A stretch of DNA of 64,000 nucleotides from Candidatus Methanomethylicia archaeon (GTDB lineage Archaea > Thermoproteota > Methanomethylicia > Nezhaarchaeales > B40-G2). Position 1 is the first letter of the stretch, and each line of letters opens with the position of its first letter. A program made the translations under genes and the position numbers. This document shows positions 47,286 through 57,070 of the stretch, piece after piece. Location of the stretch: assembly GCA_029259155.1 (NCBI GenBank), contig JAPDJI010000025.1, forward strand, positions 1-64,000, read 5' to 3'. The notes under the pieces were generated by a model that had not been told where the DNA came from, did not search any database, and was given only the letters and a program-made list of their open reading frames with translations.

Positions 47286-48395
47286 TTGAAGTTTAGAGCT
47301 GACGCACGCTTACTTAAGAGCCCTTCAGTTAAGGAAGCCTTGCTTTATGAACAGTTGAGTGGAGGTAAAGTTAGATGTAATACTTGTGCTAGGAGATGTG
47401 TAATACCTATCGGGTTTAGAGGTTTTTGTAGGACGAGAGTGAATGTGAATGGGAAGCTCTACACCATAGTTTATGGAGATTTAAATGCCGTGGAGTCTAG
47501 ACCAATAGAAAGCCTAAGGCCTTTAGGCCTAGGCCTATAAATAAAGCCTTTCTTTCACTTCTGGCCAGGCTCCACGGCCTTAACCTTCTCCACTTGGTCC
47601 TGTAATTTATACTGTTTGTGGTGTCAGAACTGGCACCTCAGCAAGGAAGAGCCTAACCCCTATCAACCAAACTATGTGTCTCCTGAAAGGCTCATATTTA
47701 TGGCTAAGAGGGCTGGCGATGAAGGCCTCTGCATCTCCTTCACTGAGCCCTTAATGCTCTTCGAGTATAGCTTGGAGGTCTTTAAGTTAGCTAGGCAGCA
47801 AGGCCTCTACAACACCTACGTGAGTAACGGCTACCTTACCTTGGAAGCTTTACGAGAACTCAAGAAGGCTGGCTTAGATGCCATAAAGATAGATGTTAAA
47901 GGAGACCGCGAAGTGTATAGACGTTTCTGTGCAGCCCCAAGCGATGAACCTGTATGGAGTACAGCTAGAGAAGCTAAGAGACTCGGGCTCCACGTAGAAA
48001 TCGTTAATTTAATGGTTACAGGCGTAAATGACCAAGAGGAGCAGGTAAGGGGGTTGGTTAGGAGACATTTAAAGGAGCTGGGGGCTTACACCCCCCTCCA
48101 CTTCACTAGGTATTACCCTGCATTCAAGTTTAATGCTCCTCCAACAAGCGTATCGAAGCTTGAAGCTGCTTATAAAGTGGCTAAGGAAGAAGGTCTACTC
48201 TATGTATATTTAGGCAACGTTCCTGGCCATCGTTATGAGAACACCTACTGCCATGAATGCGGACAGCTAATCATTAGGCGGGAAGGTTTCAAGGTATTGG
48301 AATGTAGATTGGTTAAGGATAACCGTTGTCCCAGCTGTGGAGCAGCTATCCCCATAGTGGGAAGGTATGTCTCAAAGCCCTGGCGCTTCCTTTAA
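47286..48395 (+). CDS. AmmeMemoRadiSam-type radical SAM enzyme, intron-interrupted: join(47286..47510,47541..48395), ~359 aa
   Basis: Exon 1 has C..C.RRC.I..G.RGFC.TR.N..G ending ESRPIE. Exon 2 starts IKPFFHFWPG and continues SCNLYCLWCQN (CxxxCxxC), EP, SNGY, PLHFTRYYP, YVYLGNV, TYCHECG, CPSCG. Both parts are in the same frame. Confidence 0.88.
47511..47540 (+). other. 30-nt bulge-helix-bulge (BHB) mRNA intron
   Basis: Central helix ATAG(47505-08)/CTAT(47535-38), 3-nt bulges AAA(47509-11) and AAA(47539-41), intron stem GCCTA-A-GGCC-TTTA-GGCC-TAGGC. Cutting after the 2nd bulge nt removes the in-frame TAA and restores PIE-IKP. Confidence 0.85.
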
Positions 48396-48598
48396 GTTTT
48401 AGAGAGTACAAGGGCTTTAAGCTCCTCTAACATCCTCTCCAGCTTTTCCAAGCGCTTAGCTACCTCATCCAGCCTTTTACCTAAGGAGATAAGGAGCGGT
48501 AAGACCTCATTCATCCACGGTGGAGCTAGCGGTGATAGCTGGGGAGGTAAGTTCTCCAATCTACGCCTAATCAGTTCGCTTACATCTTCTCTTGACAT
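48392..48598 (-). CDS. Small coiled-coil hypothetical protein
   Basis: 68 aa, heptad-like LDEVAKRLEKLERMLEELK. Fills the gap at the end of the operon. Confidence 0.6.
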   Translation of the reverse strand: MSREDVSELIRRRLENLPPQLSPLAPPWMNEVLPLLISLGKRLDEVAKRLEKLERMLEELKALVLSKT

Positions 48599-48628
48599 CT
48601 TAAACGACTAAGGGGAAAGGTGTCTTTT

Positions 48629-49477
48629 TTACTTTATCAAGGGTTTAATGATGTTTAACGCCCTCGCAAGATCCTTAAACTTTGCAGGTTTCCTCTTGCC
48701 TGCCCAGTGAACCTCAAGCAATATCATGCTACAGCCAGCCTCCTTCAGCAGGGAAAGGTCTTTCTTGACGTCAGCTGAGCCTGTGCCTGGCAGGAGGTGG
48801 TCTTGGAAGCTGTGGTCTTCAGCTGCGTAGTCGTGAAGGTGACCTACAAGCACCTTACCTTTAAAGGTCTTTACCCACTCCTCTAGGTCTACAGCCTCTT
48901 CTTTAAACAGGTCCATACCCCTATGCTCCACGGTCCAGCGGGCATAGGCTACGTGGCCTACGTCAAGACATAGCTTGACTCCTTCTATCTCTACCATCGG
49001 CTTAAGCATGCTTGGTACACCAAATAGAGGGTCTGGGTTATTTTCAACCGTGATTTCGATTCCAAGCTGCCTAGCTTTCTCGGCTATGTGTTTAATGGAG
49101 CGTACCGCGGCTTCTTCCAGGGCTTTCCTCACTCCTTCAATGGTCCAAGCTTCCCTTGAAGCAACATGAAGGTTAAAGTAGAGGGGGCTTAACTTCGATG
49201 CGAACTCAAGACACTCATCAAATAGTTTAAGCGCGGCCTCTCTTAGTATTGGTCTTGGGCTAGCTAATGATACATCTCTCCATGGAGCATGGATCGCTAG
49301 CTCTACTCCGTATTTAGCTTTCGCTTCCTTAATCTCCTCCAACGTCTTCCCTCTGAGTTTTTCGGGCCATGGATAGTCGAGAGAAATTTCCACATAGTCA
49401 AAACCGTACTCATTGGCTTTATTTATTGCCTTAACCACTGATCCTGCTCTTGGCCATACTGGTAGTGCTATCAACAT
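48629..49477 (-). CDS. Sugar phosphate isomerase/epimerase (xylose isomerase-like TIM barrel)
   Basis: HAPW, VEN, LDVGH, HLHD, DHL..G.G, LEV metal ligands. Confidence 0.85.
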   Translation of the reverse strand: MLIALPVWPRAGSVVKAINKANEYGFDYVEISLDYPWPEKLRGKTLEEIKEAKAKYGVELAIHAPWRDVSLASPRPILREAALKLFDECLEFASKLSPLYFNLHVASREAWTIEGVRKALEEAAVRSIKHIAEKARQLGIEITVENNPDPLFGVPSMLKPMVEIEGVKLCLDVGHVAYARWTVEHRGMDLFKEEAVDLEEWVKTFKGKVLVGHLHDYAAEDHSFQDHLLPGTGSADVKKDLSLLKEAGCSMILLEVHWAGKRKPAKFKDLARALNIIKPLIK

Positions 49478-49488
49478 TTCATGTCCAC

Positions 49489-50571
49489 CTAGAGCGTGAT
49501 TAAGCGGTAAATGGTCTCACCGACTCCCAGCTCTTTAGCTATCTCTAAGTGTCTTCGAGGGTCTGTGCCATTTACTTTGGCTAAGAAGTTAGGCGGCTTA
49601 GCTTCGTGCCATGAATGTACCGCTGCAGCCTCTATAAGGTCTAAAGCTGCAGCGTCTATTGCTACGGGGTCTAAGGAGGCTAGGACCCCTACATCAGGTA
49701 TTAGGGGCCTACCGGCTGGAGTCGCGCAGTCGCATAAGGGCGTTACGTCTTGGACGAAGCTTAGTATAGCTATCCTATCTTTAAATTGTTTTAGTACAGC
49801 ATAGGCTGCGTGTGCCAAGTAGACCTGGAACCTTTCCTTTCCTTCTTCTGGCCAACTCCATGCTCCGTTGGGACAGGTAAAGAGGCAGGTATTGCAATAC
49901 ATGCATTTCGAGGGGTCCCTGACAGCTTTACCATCCTCAACCTTTAATGCTTGAAAGGGACAAGACTCTGCGCAGATACCGCATCCGTCGCATTTTTCAG
50001 CGTCGAAGACTAAGCCGCAGGCAGCGTGTTGAGCTGCCTTCGACCTCTTAGTGACGCATCCCATAGCGGCGTGTTTGAGGGCTCCTCCAAAACCTGCTAG
50101 GAGGTGTCCTTTAGCGTGTACAATTAGTAGAAGAGAATCAGCCTTTGCTATGGCTGAGGCTATCTCTACTTCATTTAAGCTGCAGCCCTCTATGGATTTA
50201 TCAATCTTTACTTTGACCCCTGCGTAGCCATTTGGGGCATCCCCCACCACGAAGGGGGCGCCTAGCTTCTCGGTGAAGCCGTGGAGCTCTGCAGTACGGT
50301 AACAGTCTTCTACGGTGAACCTATGTTTAGGGTATAGCGTCGTGGTCTCAACGATAAATGGCTCTCCTCCTATCTCCTTTACTAACTCCACAGCTCTATG
50401 GACTAAGATTGGTCTTAGGTACGTTATATTTCCTCTTTCACCAATATGGACCTTGACAGCTACTTTACCTTTCAGGGCCTTCGCGAACCCTGCTTTCTCA
50501 AAAAGCTCTCTTAGCCCTTCCAATACGTCAGTATCCTTGGAGTAGTCAAGGAAGTAAACTTCGGGGATCAA
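49489..50571 (-). CDS. DUF362-family Fe-S protein with 2x[4Fe-4S] ferredoxin domain
   Basis: KVHIGE.GN, HAKGH..AGFGGALK, CDGCGICAESCP, CMYCNTC...CP, CDC, DPVAID. Confidence 0.85.
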   Translation of the reverse strand: MIPEVYFLDYSKDTDVLEGLRELFEKAGFAKALKGKVAVKVHIGERGNITYLRPILVHRAVELVKEIGGEPFIVETTTLYPKHRFTVEDCYRTAELHGFTEKLGAPFVVGDAPNGYAGVKVKIDKSIEGCSLNEVEIASAIAKADSLLLIVHAKGHLLAGFGGALKHAAMGCVTKRSKAAQHAACGLVFDAEKCDGCGICAESCPFQALKVEDGKAVRDPSKCMYCNTCLFTCPNGAWSWPEEGKERFQVYLAHAAYAVLKQFKDRIAILSFVQDVTPLCDCATPAGRPLIPDVGVLASLDPVAIDAAALDLIEAAAVHSWHEAKPPNFLAKVNGTDPRRHLEIAKELGVGETIYRLITL

Positions 50572-50638
50572 GGCTAGCCATCCTCATCGCTACAGCTAAA
50601 AGTCAACCTAAATATAAACGATTTGAGGTTCACCTGGG

Positions 50639-51394
50639 TTGAGCTTCGCAGAGCTCATGTCCAAGTCTAAATCTAGAATAATCCTCGCTCTCGACCTGAC
50701 TGGGCCCTCACTGCTGGATAGAGCCTTAAAGATACTCGATGAAGTTTATCCTTACGTATCAGCCGTCAAGGTGAACCGCCACCTATCAGTGCCTCTGAAC
50801 ATAGAGGAGCTTTCCAAGCTGGTCCATGCTATACATGATCGAGGCCTCCTCGCCATTATGGATTGCAAGATAAACGACGTAGGAAGCACCAATAAAGTGA
50901 TGGCTGAGCTTTTCTTCCATGCTGGTTTCGATGCTTTAACTGCAAGTCCCTTTACTGGGTGGAAGGAGGGTCTTGAGCCTGTATTCAACCTAGCTAAAGA
51001 TAATAGTAGAGGAATTCTCGTCCTTGTTTACATGAGCCATGAAGGGGCCTCCGAAAACTACGAGAGGTTAGTGTTGGATAGATCTTCAATATCCTATAAG
51101 AGGATGTATGAGATATTTGCTGAGAAGGCCCTACTGTGGAGAGCTGACGGAGCAATAGTGGGCGCTACTCGCCCACGAATCTTGGCTGAAGTAAAACGTC
51201 TCTTAAAAGGTAAGATACCGATATACTCGCCCGGCATCATAGTTCAGGGAGGTAGTATTGAGGTTTCATTGAAGGCTGGAGCCGACTACCTGATAGTCGG
51301 AAGGGCTATTGTGGAGGCTCCGAATCCGAGCCAAGTCGCCGCTAATCTTAATAGGCTGGTGGAGGAGACGCTAGCCCGCTTACGTGGAGGGTGA
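50639..51394 (+). CDS. pyrF: Orotidine-5'-phosphate decarboxylase
   Basis: ILALD, K, DCKINDV..T, VGAT, SPGI..QGG, IVGRAI. Confidence 0.93.
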   Translation: MSFAELMSKSKSRIILALDLTGPSLLDRALKILDEVYPYVSAVKVNRHLSVPLNIEELSKLVHAIHDRGLLAIMDCKINDVGSTNKVMAELFFHAGFDALTASPFTGWKEGLEPVFNLAKDNSRGILVLVYMSHEGASENYERLVLDRSSISYKRMYEIFAEKALLWRADGAIVGATRPRILAEVKRLLKGKIPIYSPGIIVQGGSIEVSLKAGADYLIVGRAIVEAPNPSQVAANLNRLVEETLARLRGG

Positions 51395-51397
51395 CTT

Positions 51398-51823
51398 ATG
51401 GAGAAGGTGGAACGCTCATCTCTCATAGATATCAGGTCTTTCGAGGGAGGGCAGGCTCATCACCACTTCCTCACCGAGGCTTTAAAGCAGAGGTTAGAGA
51501 TCATAAAACACCTTACAGCTCGAGACGTTGAGGAAGTGGCGAAGGAGCTGGGAGCTCATTTAGTGGACCTTAAAATAGACGACGCTACGGAGTGGGCATT
51601 AAAGATCTCTCCCTTCCGAGGATTCGATATCTTTTTCGTCCTCCAACGATACTCACCTGAATTTGAAGATAGCCTTCTAGCCTTCTACAATAGGGAAGCT
51701 CCTAGCATAGGTGTGCCAGCTGAAGACGCCTCCGATTTTACCGTGCTTTATGCTAATGCTATCATATATGCTGCTAAGAGAGTGTTGGATAAGGAGCTTC
51801 CTAGGCTTTCAAGATACCTATAA
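51398..51823 (+). CDS. Hypothetical protein (DUF3786-like)
   Basis: 141 aa ORF in the pyrF-etf operon with EF...L.F...AED patterns. Confidence 0.6.
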   Translation: MEKVERSSLIDIRSFEGGQAHHHFLTEALKQRLEIIKHLTARDVEEVAKELGAHLVDLKIDDATEWALKISPFRGFDIFFVLQRYSPEFEDSLLAFYNREAPSIGVPAEDASDFTVLYANAIIYAAKRVLDKELPRLSRYL

Positions 51824-51835
51824 GGGGGTGTCTAA

Positions 51836-52624
51836 ATGGATCTAGTGGTATGCGTTAAAAGAGTAGCTGAACACGCTGAAGCCGAGTTTGAGGTTGATGA
51901 AACAGGGAAGAAACTAAAGGCAAAAGGAGCAGCCTACGACATAAATGAATGGGATGATTATGCGTTAGAGGAAGCCTTAAGGCTCAAGGAGGCCTTGGGG
52001 GGTAGATTAACAGCAGTAACCGTGGGTGACGAGGATAGCGAAGAAGTATTGAGGAAATGTTTGGCGAAAGGAGCTGACGAAGCGATTAGGGTAGATGTTC
52101 CAACTGAAGAAATGGACGCCTACGCAGTGGCGAAGGTGTTACACCGTGTTCTGAAGAAGCTCAACTTTGACCTCGTCTTGATGGGTGCTCAAGCCTCTGA
52201 CGATGGTTATGCCCAGGTAGGCCCCATATTAGCTTTCCTCTTAGGGGTTCCTCACGCCACTTTGGTTAAGAAAGTGGAGGTTTTAGAAGAATGGATTAGG
52301 GTGCATAGAGAGCTTGAAGGTGGAGCTGAGGAGGTAGTTGAATTACGTGTTCCAGCTTTACTCACGATACAGACAGGCATCAATGAGCCCAGGTACGTAT
52401 CCATTATGGGTCTTAGAAGAGCCTCTAAAAAACCATTAAAGGTCCTATCGCCAGGAGAGCTCGAACTGACTTCTGAAGACGTGGGCAGGGAAGGGTCTTG
52501 GGCTAGGCTAGTACGATATGAGATCCCACGCGTTGAAAGACGGGCCTTAATCATTGAAGGCCCCGCTGAGAAGGCTGCTTCATTCATCTTTAACCTATTG
52601 AAGGAGAGGGGGGTCACGGCTTGA
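51836..52624 (+). CDS. etfB: Electron transfer flavoprotein beta subunit
   Basis: VCVKRV, INEWDDYALEEALRL, GAQASD, INEPRY. Confidence 0.95.
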   Translation: MDLVVCVKRVAEHAEAEFEVDETGKKLKAKGAAYDINEWDDYALEEALRLKEALGGRLTAVTVGDEDSEEVLRKCLAKGADEAIRVDVPTEEMDAYAVAKVLHRVLKKLNFDLVLMGAQASDDGYAQVGPILAFLLGVPHATLVKKVEVLEEWIRVHRELEGGAEEVVELRVPALLTIQTGINEPRYVSIMGLRRASKKPLKVLSPGELELTSEDVGREGSWARLVRYEIPRVERRALIIEGPAEKAASFIFNLLKERGVTA

Positions 52625-53580
52625 ACCCTGAGCTACTGGCACTAGCTGAGCATAGAGAAGGTGAGCTTAGAGAGGTCACCTTTGAATTAGCGGGGCTAGC
52701 GAGAAAACTTGAACTTAAAGCCACCTGTGTTCTACTAGGTTTCAAGGCTCAATCCATGGCTGAGAAGCTGGCATCATACTTTGATGAGGTGTTTTACGTA
52801 GAACACGACCTCCTCAAGCATTTCAACTCTGACCTCTATCAACCTCTTCTAGCTAAGTTGACGAAGGAGCGTAGACCTAAGCTGGTAGCTATGGGTCACA
52901 CCTCCATAGGCATGGAGCTGGCCCCCAGTTTAGCTGCTGAGCTAGGCTGTCCTCTGATAACCGACGTTCTGGACGTTCAACTTAATGGAGAGAAGCTGTT
53001 AGCTAGGAGGCAGATATATGGGGGTAAGGTGGAGGCTTTAATGGAGCTTAAGGAGTCTCCATGCCATATGATCACTATGAGGCCAGGAGTGTTACGCCAG
53101 CCTGAACCTAAAGGTCAAGGCAAAGTAACCAAAGTTGACATGGAGTTAAAGGAGTCGCTGCGTAAAAAAGTTGTAGGCTACGTAGAGCCTCCGGTAGCCG
53201 AGGTTGACATAACTAAAGCTGACGTCATAGTTAGCATAGGTCGAGGCATCAGGGATGCAGGCAACATACCTGCTGTCGAAGAGTTAGCTCGCATGTTGGG
53301 TGGAGTACTAGCTTGTTCTAGGCCAGTAGTGGATAAAGGATGGCTTCCTAAGGATAGACAAGTCGGTAATTCAGGTAAGACCGTGAAGCCTAAACTTTAC
53401 CTAGCGCTCGGCATTAGCGGGGCTTTTCAGCACGTGGTAGGAATGAAAAACTCTGACCTAATCATAGCAGTGAACAAGGACCCTAATGCACCGATTTTTA
53501 ATGTGGCCCACTACGGCATAGTGGACGACCTAATGAAGGTGGTAGAGGCCTTAAAGAACCTGCTTAAGGCTAGGAGCTAG
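52621..53580 (+). CDS. etfA: Electron transfer flavoprotein alpha subunit
   Basis: SRPVVD.GW, QVGNSGKTVKP, GISGAFQH, AVNKDPNAPIF. Confidence 0.95.
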   Translation: MNPELLALAEHREGELREVTFELAGLARKLELKATCVLLGFKAQSMAEKLASYFDEVFYVEHDLLKHFNSDLYQPLLAKLTKERRPKLVAMGHTSIGMELAPSLAAELGCPLITDVLDVQLNGEKLLARRQIYGGKVEALMELKESPCHMITMRPGVLRQPEPKGQGKVTKVDMELKESLRKKVVGYVEPPVAEVDITKADVIVSIGRGIRDAGNIPAVEELARMLGGVLACSRPVVDKGWLPKDRQVGNSGKTVKPKLYLALGISGAFQHVVGMKNSDLIIAVNKDPNAPIFNVAHYGIVDDLMKVVEALKNLLKARS

Positions 53581-54682
53581 GAAGAGCTTGTGCCAATAGT
53601 TCAGCTACATCCATGACTCTAAGTTTATCTTCTAACCCAGCCGTCTTCACCCCGTCCTCTAGGTTAGCTAAGCAGAAGGGACAAGCAGTTGCGAGGATAG
53701 ATGCTCCTGTAGAGGATGCTTCGACTACTCTAACTTCAGCTAATCTTCTGCCAGGTGGTCCTTCAAACCACATCCTTCCTCCACCCCCTTCACAGCATAG
53801 ACTCCTCGACCTGGAACGCTCCATCTCAACAAGTTTGACCCCGCGTATAGCTTTCAGAAGCTTACGTGGCTCCTCGTATACTCCGCTACGTCTACCTAAG
53901 TAACATGGGTCATGGTAGGTGACCACCACGTCAGCTAAGCCCTTGAGCTTAAGTAAACCCTCGTCTAAGAGGCGGGCTAAGAATTGCGTATAATGAAGCA
54001 CCTCAGCCTTAAGCCCAAGATACCTGTTCTTAAAGGCATAGTAGCAATGGGGGGAAGTGGTAATGATTGTTTCTACGCCTTCTCCCATGTTTGCTTTATT
54101 CGTTTCCATGAGTTCCTCGAAAAGCCCAAGTTCACCTATATTGTATACCTCATTTCCGCAGCAGACCTCGTCCTCGCCCAGAAACGCTGGTTCAACGCCG
54201 GCGGCTTTAAGTACCTTGACCAGGGCTCTAGCAGCTTCTTGAGCCCTAGGGTCATAGGCTGATGCGCAACAAGTGAATAAGAGAATCTTGGAATCTTCGA
54301 GCTCTAAAAGCCTCTTGATACCTAGGCCTGAGGCCCACTCCCCACGTTTAACCCTACTCTTACCCCAAGGGTTACCTTGTTTGAATGTGTTTTCAAGGCT
54401 GTCTCTAAGTGTAGGCGGTATTTTTCCGGCCTCCACACGCTCCGACCTTAACTCAATGATAAGGTCGAGGGGCTTAGTACCTCTAGGGCACCTGTAAACG
54501 CATAGGTAACAGGTTGTACAGTCCCATAGTTCATCGCCTACCTCAAGGCTTTTAGTCATAAGTGACGCTGTTATTCGCCTAACGTTGAGCGTAGACCTCG
54601 TACTTAAAGGACAGCTACCTACACATACTCCGCACTGCATGCAGGCTAATAATTCATGCCTGCTTAACGCCTCCAACTTCAT
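53570..54682 (-). CDS. HdrD/GlpC-like Fe-S oxidoreductase (ferredoxin plus two CCG domains)
   Basis: CMQCGVCVGSCP, CTTCYLC...CP, CCG, YHDPCYLGR, CCEGGGG, ACPFC. Confidence 0.88.
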   Translation of the reverse strand: MKLEALSRHELLACMQCGVCVGSCPLSTRSTLNVRRITASLMTKSLEVGDELWDCTTCYLCVYRCPRGTKPLDLIIELRSERVEAGKIPPTLRDSLENTFKQGNPWGKSRVKRGEWASGLGIKRLLELEDSKILLFTCCASAYDPRAQEAARALVKVLKAAGVEPAFLGEDEVCCGNEVYNIGELGLFEELMETNKANMGEGVETIITTSPHCYYAFKNRYLGLKAEVLHYTQFLARLLDEGLLKLKGLADVVVTYHDPCYLGRRSGVYEEPRKLLKAIRGVKLVEMERSRSRSLCCEGGGGRMWFEGPPGRRLAEVRVVEASSTGASILATACPFCLANLEDGVKTAGLEDKLRVMDVAELLAQALPSS

Positions 54683-57036
54683 CGCGCCTCCATTGCTCTA
54701 CTTAGCCTAACTCTTTCCTCAGCCCCTAAGGGACCTAGGTCCCTGACCATGGAGGTATGCGTGCGCAGTATGTCGGCTATCTTTCTATAGGCAGGTAACT
54801 CGATAAGGCTATAGTAGACCCGCGTCGACTCCACGCCAGCTTCCTCTAGGCTAGCGAGGGCTTCTTCAAACCTCCATCTGAATGCTTCATCCACCCATTT
54901 CTGCCCCTCTATAACCACTATTCCATCGGCTCCAAGCATGAAGGCTTTGAGAAGTAAGTCTCTTCCTAAGATAGCTGAGGAAGGTATAGCTATTGGCAAG
55001 GTTTCAGCAGGATAATTAACTCTGTCTAATCCTAAGAAGTCAAGCCCTGTGTAGGCAATGTTCTTCTCCACGAAAGCGACGATAACTACATCGCCTTCTC
55101 TCTTTTCAGCTAGCAATCCTTTAAGTTGAGCTTCTAGCTGTCTACGCGTATAGTTCTTAAAGTCTATGGCGCTTTTCGGGCAAGCTGGGATGCAGGCGCC
55201 ACACCCTATACATGAGACCACCTTAACCGCTGCTTTTCCTTCCTTCAACTCTATCGCAGCAATAGGGCAAACCTCCATACAAGCGCCGCATCCATCGCAA
55301 TGCTCCCAGTAAACCCATGGTTTTTCTGGACTTGAGATCACAACCCCTCTCCTGAGAAAGGTATCTACGCGAGACGAGGCAGCCAAGGCATCAGCAACGC
55401 TATCTCGTACATCTCTAGGTCCTAAAGCACAGCCACAAGCATAGATGCCGGCTCTAAGTAGATCAACTGGACCCAGTTTCGGGTGTTTCTCCTGTATGAA
55501 GCCATCCTCACCTATAGGCAGTGATACTTTATCAGCTAGTTGACGTAGTCCTGAAGGTGGGATCATGGGAGTAGCCAGAGCCACTAAGTCGAATTCCTCC
55601 TCCATCACTTTTCCGAGTAGTGTGTTTTCAGCTCTTACAAGGAGACCATGTTCTCCACGCCTAATCTCAGCTACCCTACCCCTCACGAATACTACGCCAC
55701 TCTCTTGAGCCTTAACGTAGAGCTCCTCATAGCCTTTCCCTGCAGCTCTAATATCAGTATAAAATATCCATACTTCAACTCCAAACTGTTCTCTGAGCAG
55801 TACGGCCTGCTTTAATGAGTACATGCAGCATACCTTGCTGCAGTAAGGCACGTATCTATTCCTATCCCTAGAGCCGGCACATAGCACAATGGCTATTTTC
55901 TTAACCTCGCTCTGGTCGCTAAATTTCCTTAATAACCCCTTTGTTGGGCCGAAGAGGGAAGTCAAGCGTTCAAGCTCCATCATAGTTATTACGTCAGGGT
56001 ACTGGCCATAGCCATAATCCTCGAGAAGCTTAGCGTCGAGGAGCTCATAGCCTACCGCTACCACGACCCCTCCAACCTTAAGCTCCAGCTGGCTTTCTTC
56101 TTCGTCTAGTCGTATAGCGTCACGTGGACACTTCTCTATACAGGCGCCGCAGCGAGTACAGGCAGAGAAGTCGATGACATAAGCATAAGGTACTGCTTGA
56201 GGAAAGGGTACATAGATAGCTTTCCTCTTGCTTCTATTTTCATTGTATTCATCGTCAACCTCAACGGGACAAGCTTTACTACATATACCGCAACCAGCAC
56301 ACTTGGATACGTCCACTCCTCGAGGTTTAACTTTCACCTTAACCGTATAGTTACCCGGATATCCTTCGATATTTTCAACTTCGCTTAACGTGAGCAGCGT
56401 TATGTTAGGGTGTCTACTCACCTCAGCCATCTTAGGTGTTAGTATGCACTGCGCACAGTCGAGGGTGGGGAAGACCTTAGTCAACTTGGCCATGTTTCCT
56501 CCTATCGATGGGCCCTTCTCGACCAAGTAGACTTTATAGCCCTTGTCGGCGAGCTCTAGAGAACAGGTTATCCCAGCTATACCTCCTCCGATCACGAGCA
56601 CTTCCTGTCTACAAGGCTCCTCCACGGGTTCGAGAGGCTCGAGCTCCAGGCATCTTTCATAGCCTCCCTTAAGTAGCCTTAGAGCTTTCTTCGTAGCGGC
56701 CTCTTTATCGTCAGCGTGGACCCATGAGCATTGTTCCCTTATATTGACGAACTCTAACATGTAAGGGTTAAGGCCTGCCCTGCGCATAGCGTCATGAAAA
56801 GTGGAGAGATGCATCCTAGGCGTACAACAAGCTACAACTACTCTATCGAGGCCACGTGACTTAATAGCTTCTACAAGCCTATCTTGAGAAGGCTTGGAGC
56901 ATAGATAATCTTCGACCCTCGCAACAACTACGTAACTCCACTTAGAAGCCTTCTCCCGCAAATGATCGCAATCGACAGTATCGCTTATGTTACCTCCACA
57001 TCTACATATAAATACGCCCACCTTCGGTTGGGGCAA
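54679..57036 (-). CDS. hdrA: HdrA-like flavoprotein fused to ferredoxin and MvhD-like domains
   Basis: GVFICRCGGNI, NIREQCSWVH, GGGIAG, K.FPTLDC, CAGSRD, YCSKVCCMY and a C-terminal MvhD-like AF..GADG. Confidence 0.9.
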   Translation of the reverse strand: MPQPKVGVFICRCGGNISDTVDCDHLREKASKWSYVVVARVEDYLCSKPSQDRLVEAIKSRGLDRVVVACCTPRMHLSTFHDAMRRAGLNPYMLEFVNIREQCSWVHADDKEAATKKALRLLKGGYERCLELEPLEPVEEPCRQEVLVIGGGIAGITCSLELADKGYKVYLVEKGPSIGGNMAKLTKVFPTLDCAQCILTPKMAEVSRHPNITLLTLSEVENIEGYPGNYTVKVKVKPRGVDVSKCAGCGICSKACPVEVDDEYNENRSKRKAIYVPFPQAVPYAYVIDFSACTRCGACIEKCPRDAIRLDEEESQLELKVGGVVVAVGYELLDAKLLEDYGYGQYPDVITMMELERLTSLFGPTKGLLRKFSDQSEVKKIAIVLCAGSRDRNRYVPYCSKVCCMYSLKQAVLLREQFGVEVWIFYTDIRAAGKGYEELYVKAQESGVVFVRGRVAEIRRGEHGLLVRAENTLLGKVMEEEFDLVALATPMIPPSGLRQLADKVSLPIGEDGFIQEKHPKLGPVDLLRAGIYACGCALGPRDVRDSVADALAASSRVDTFLRRGVVISSPEKPWVYWEHCDGCGACMEVCPIAAIELKEGKAAVKVVSCIGCGACIPACPKSAIDFKNYTRRQLEAQLKGLLAEKREGDVVIVAFVEKNIAYTGLDFLGLDRVNYPAETLPIAIPSSAILGRDLLLKAFMLGADGIVVIEGQKWVDEAFRWRFEEALASLEEAGVESTRVYYSLIELPAYRKIADILRTHTSMVRDLGPLGAEERVRLSRAMEAR

Positions 57037-57070
57037 GGAAACCCTTCACGCGGTAGAGTGTTAAGATTAT

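Noticed and set aside
47265-48395. Radical SAM gene as a nonsense pseudogene, two separate genes, or Sec/Pyl readthrough
   Set aside because: The stop is TAA, not TGA or TAG. Readthrough would leave 10 extra residues in a conserved motif. The 47616 start would cut the CxxxCxxC motif. The insert boundaries coincide exactly with BHB cleavage positions.
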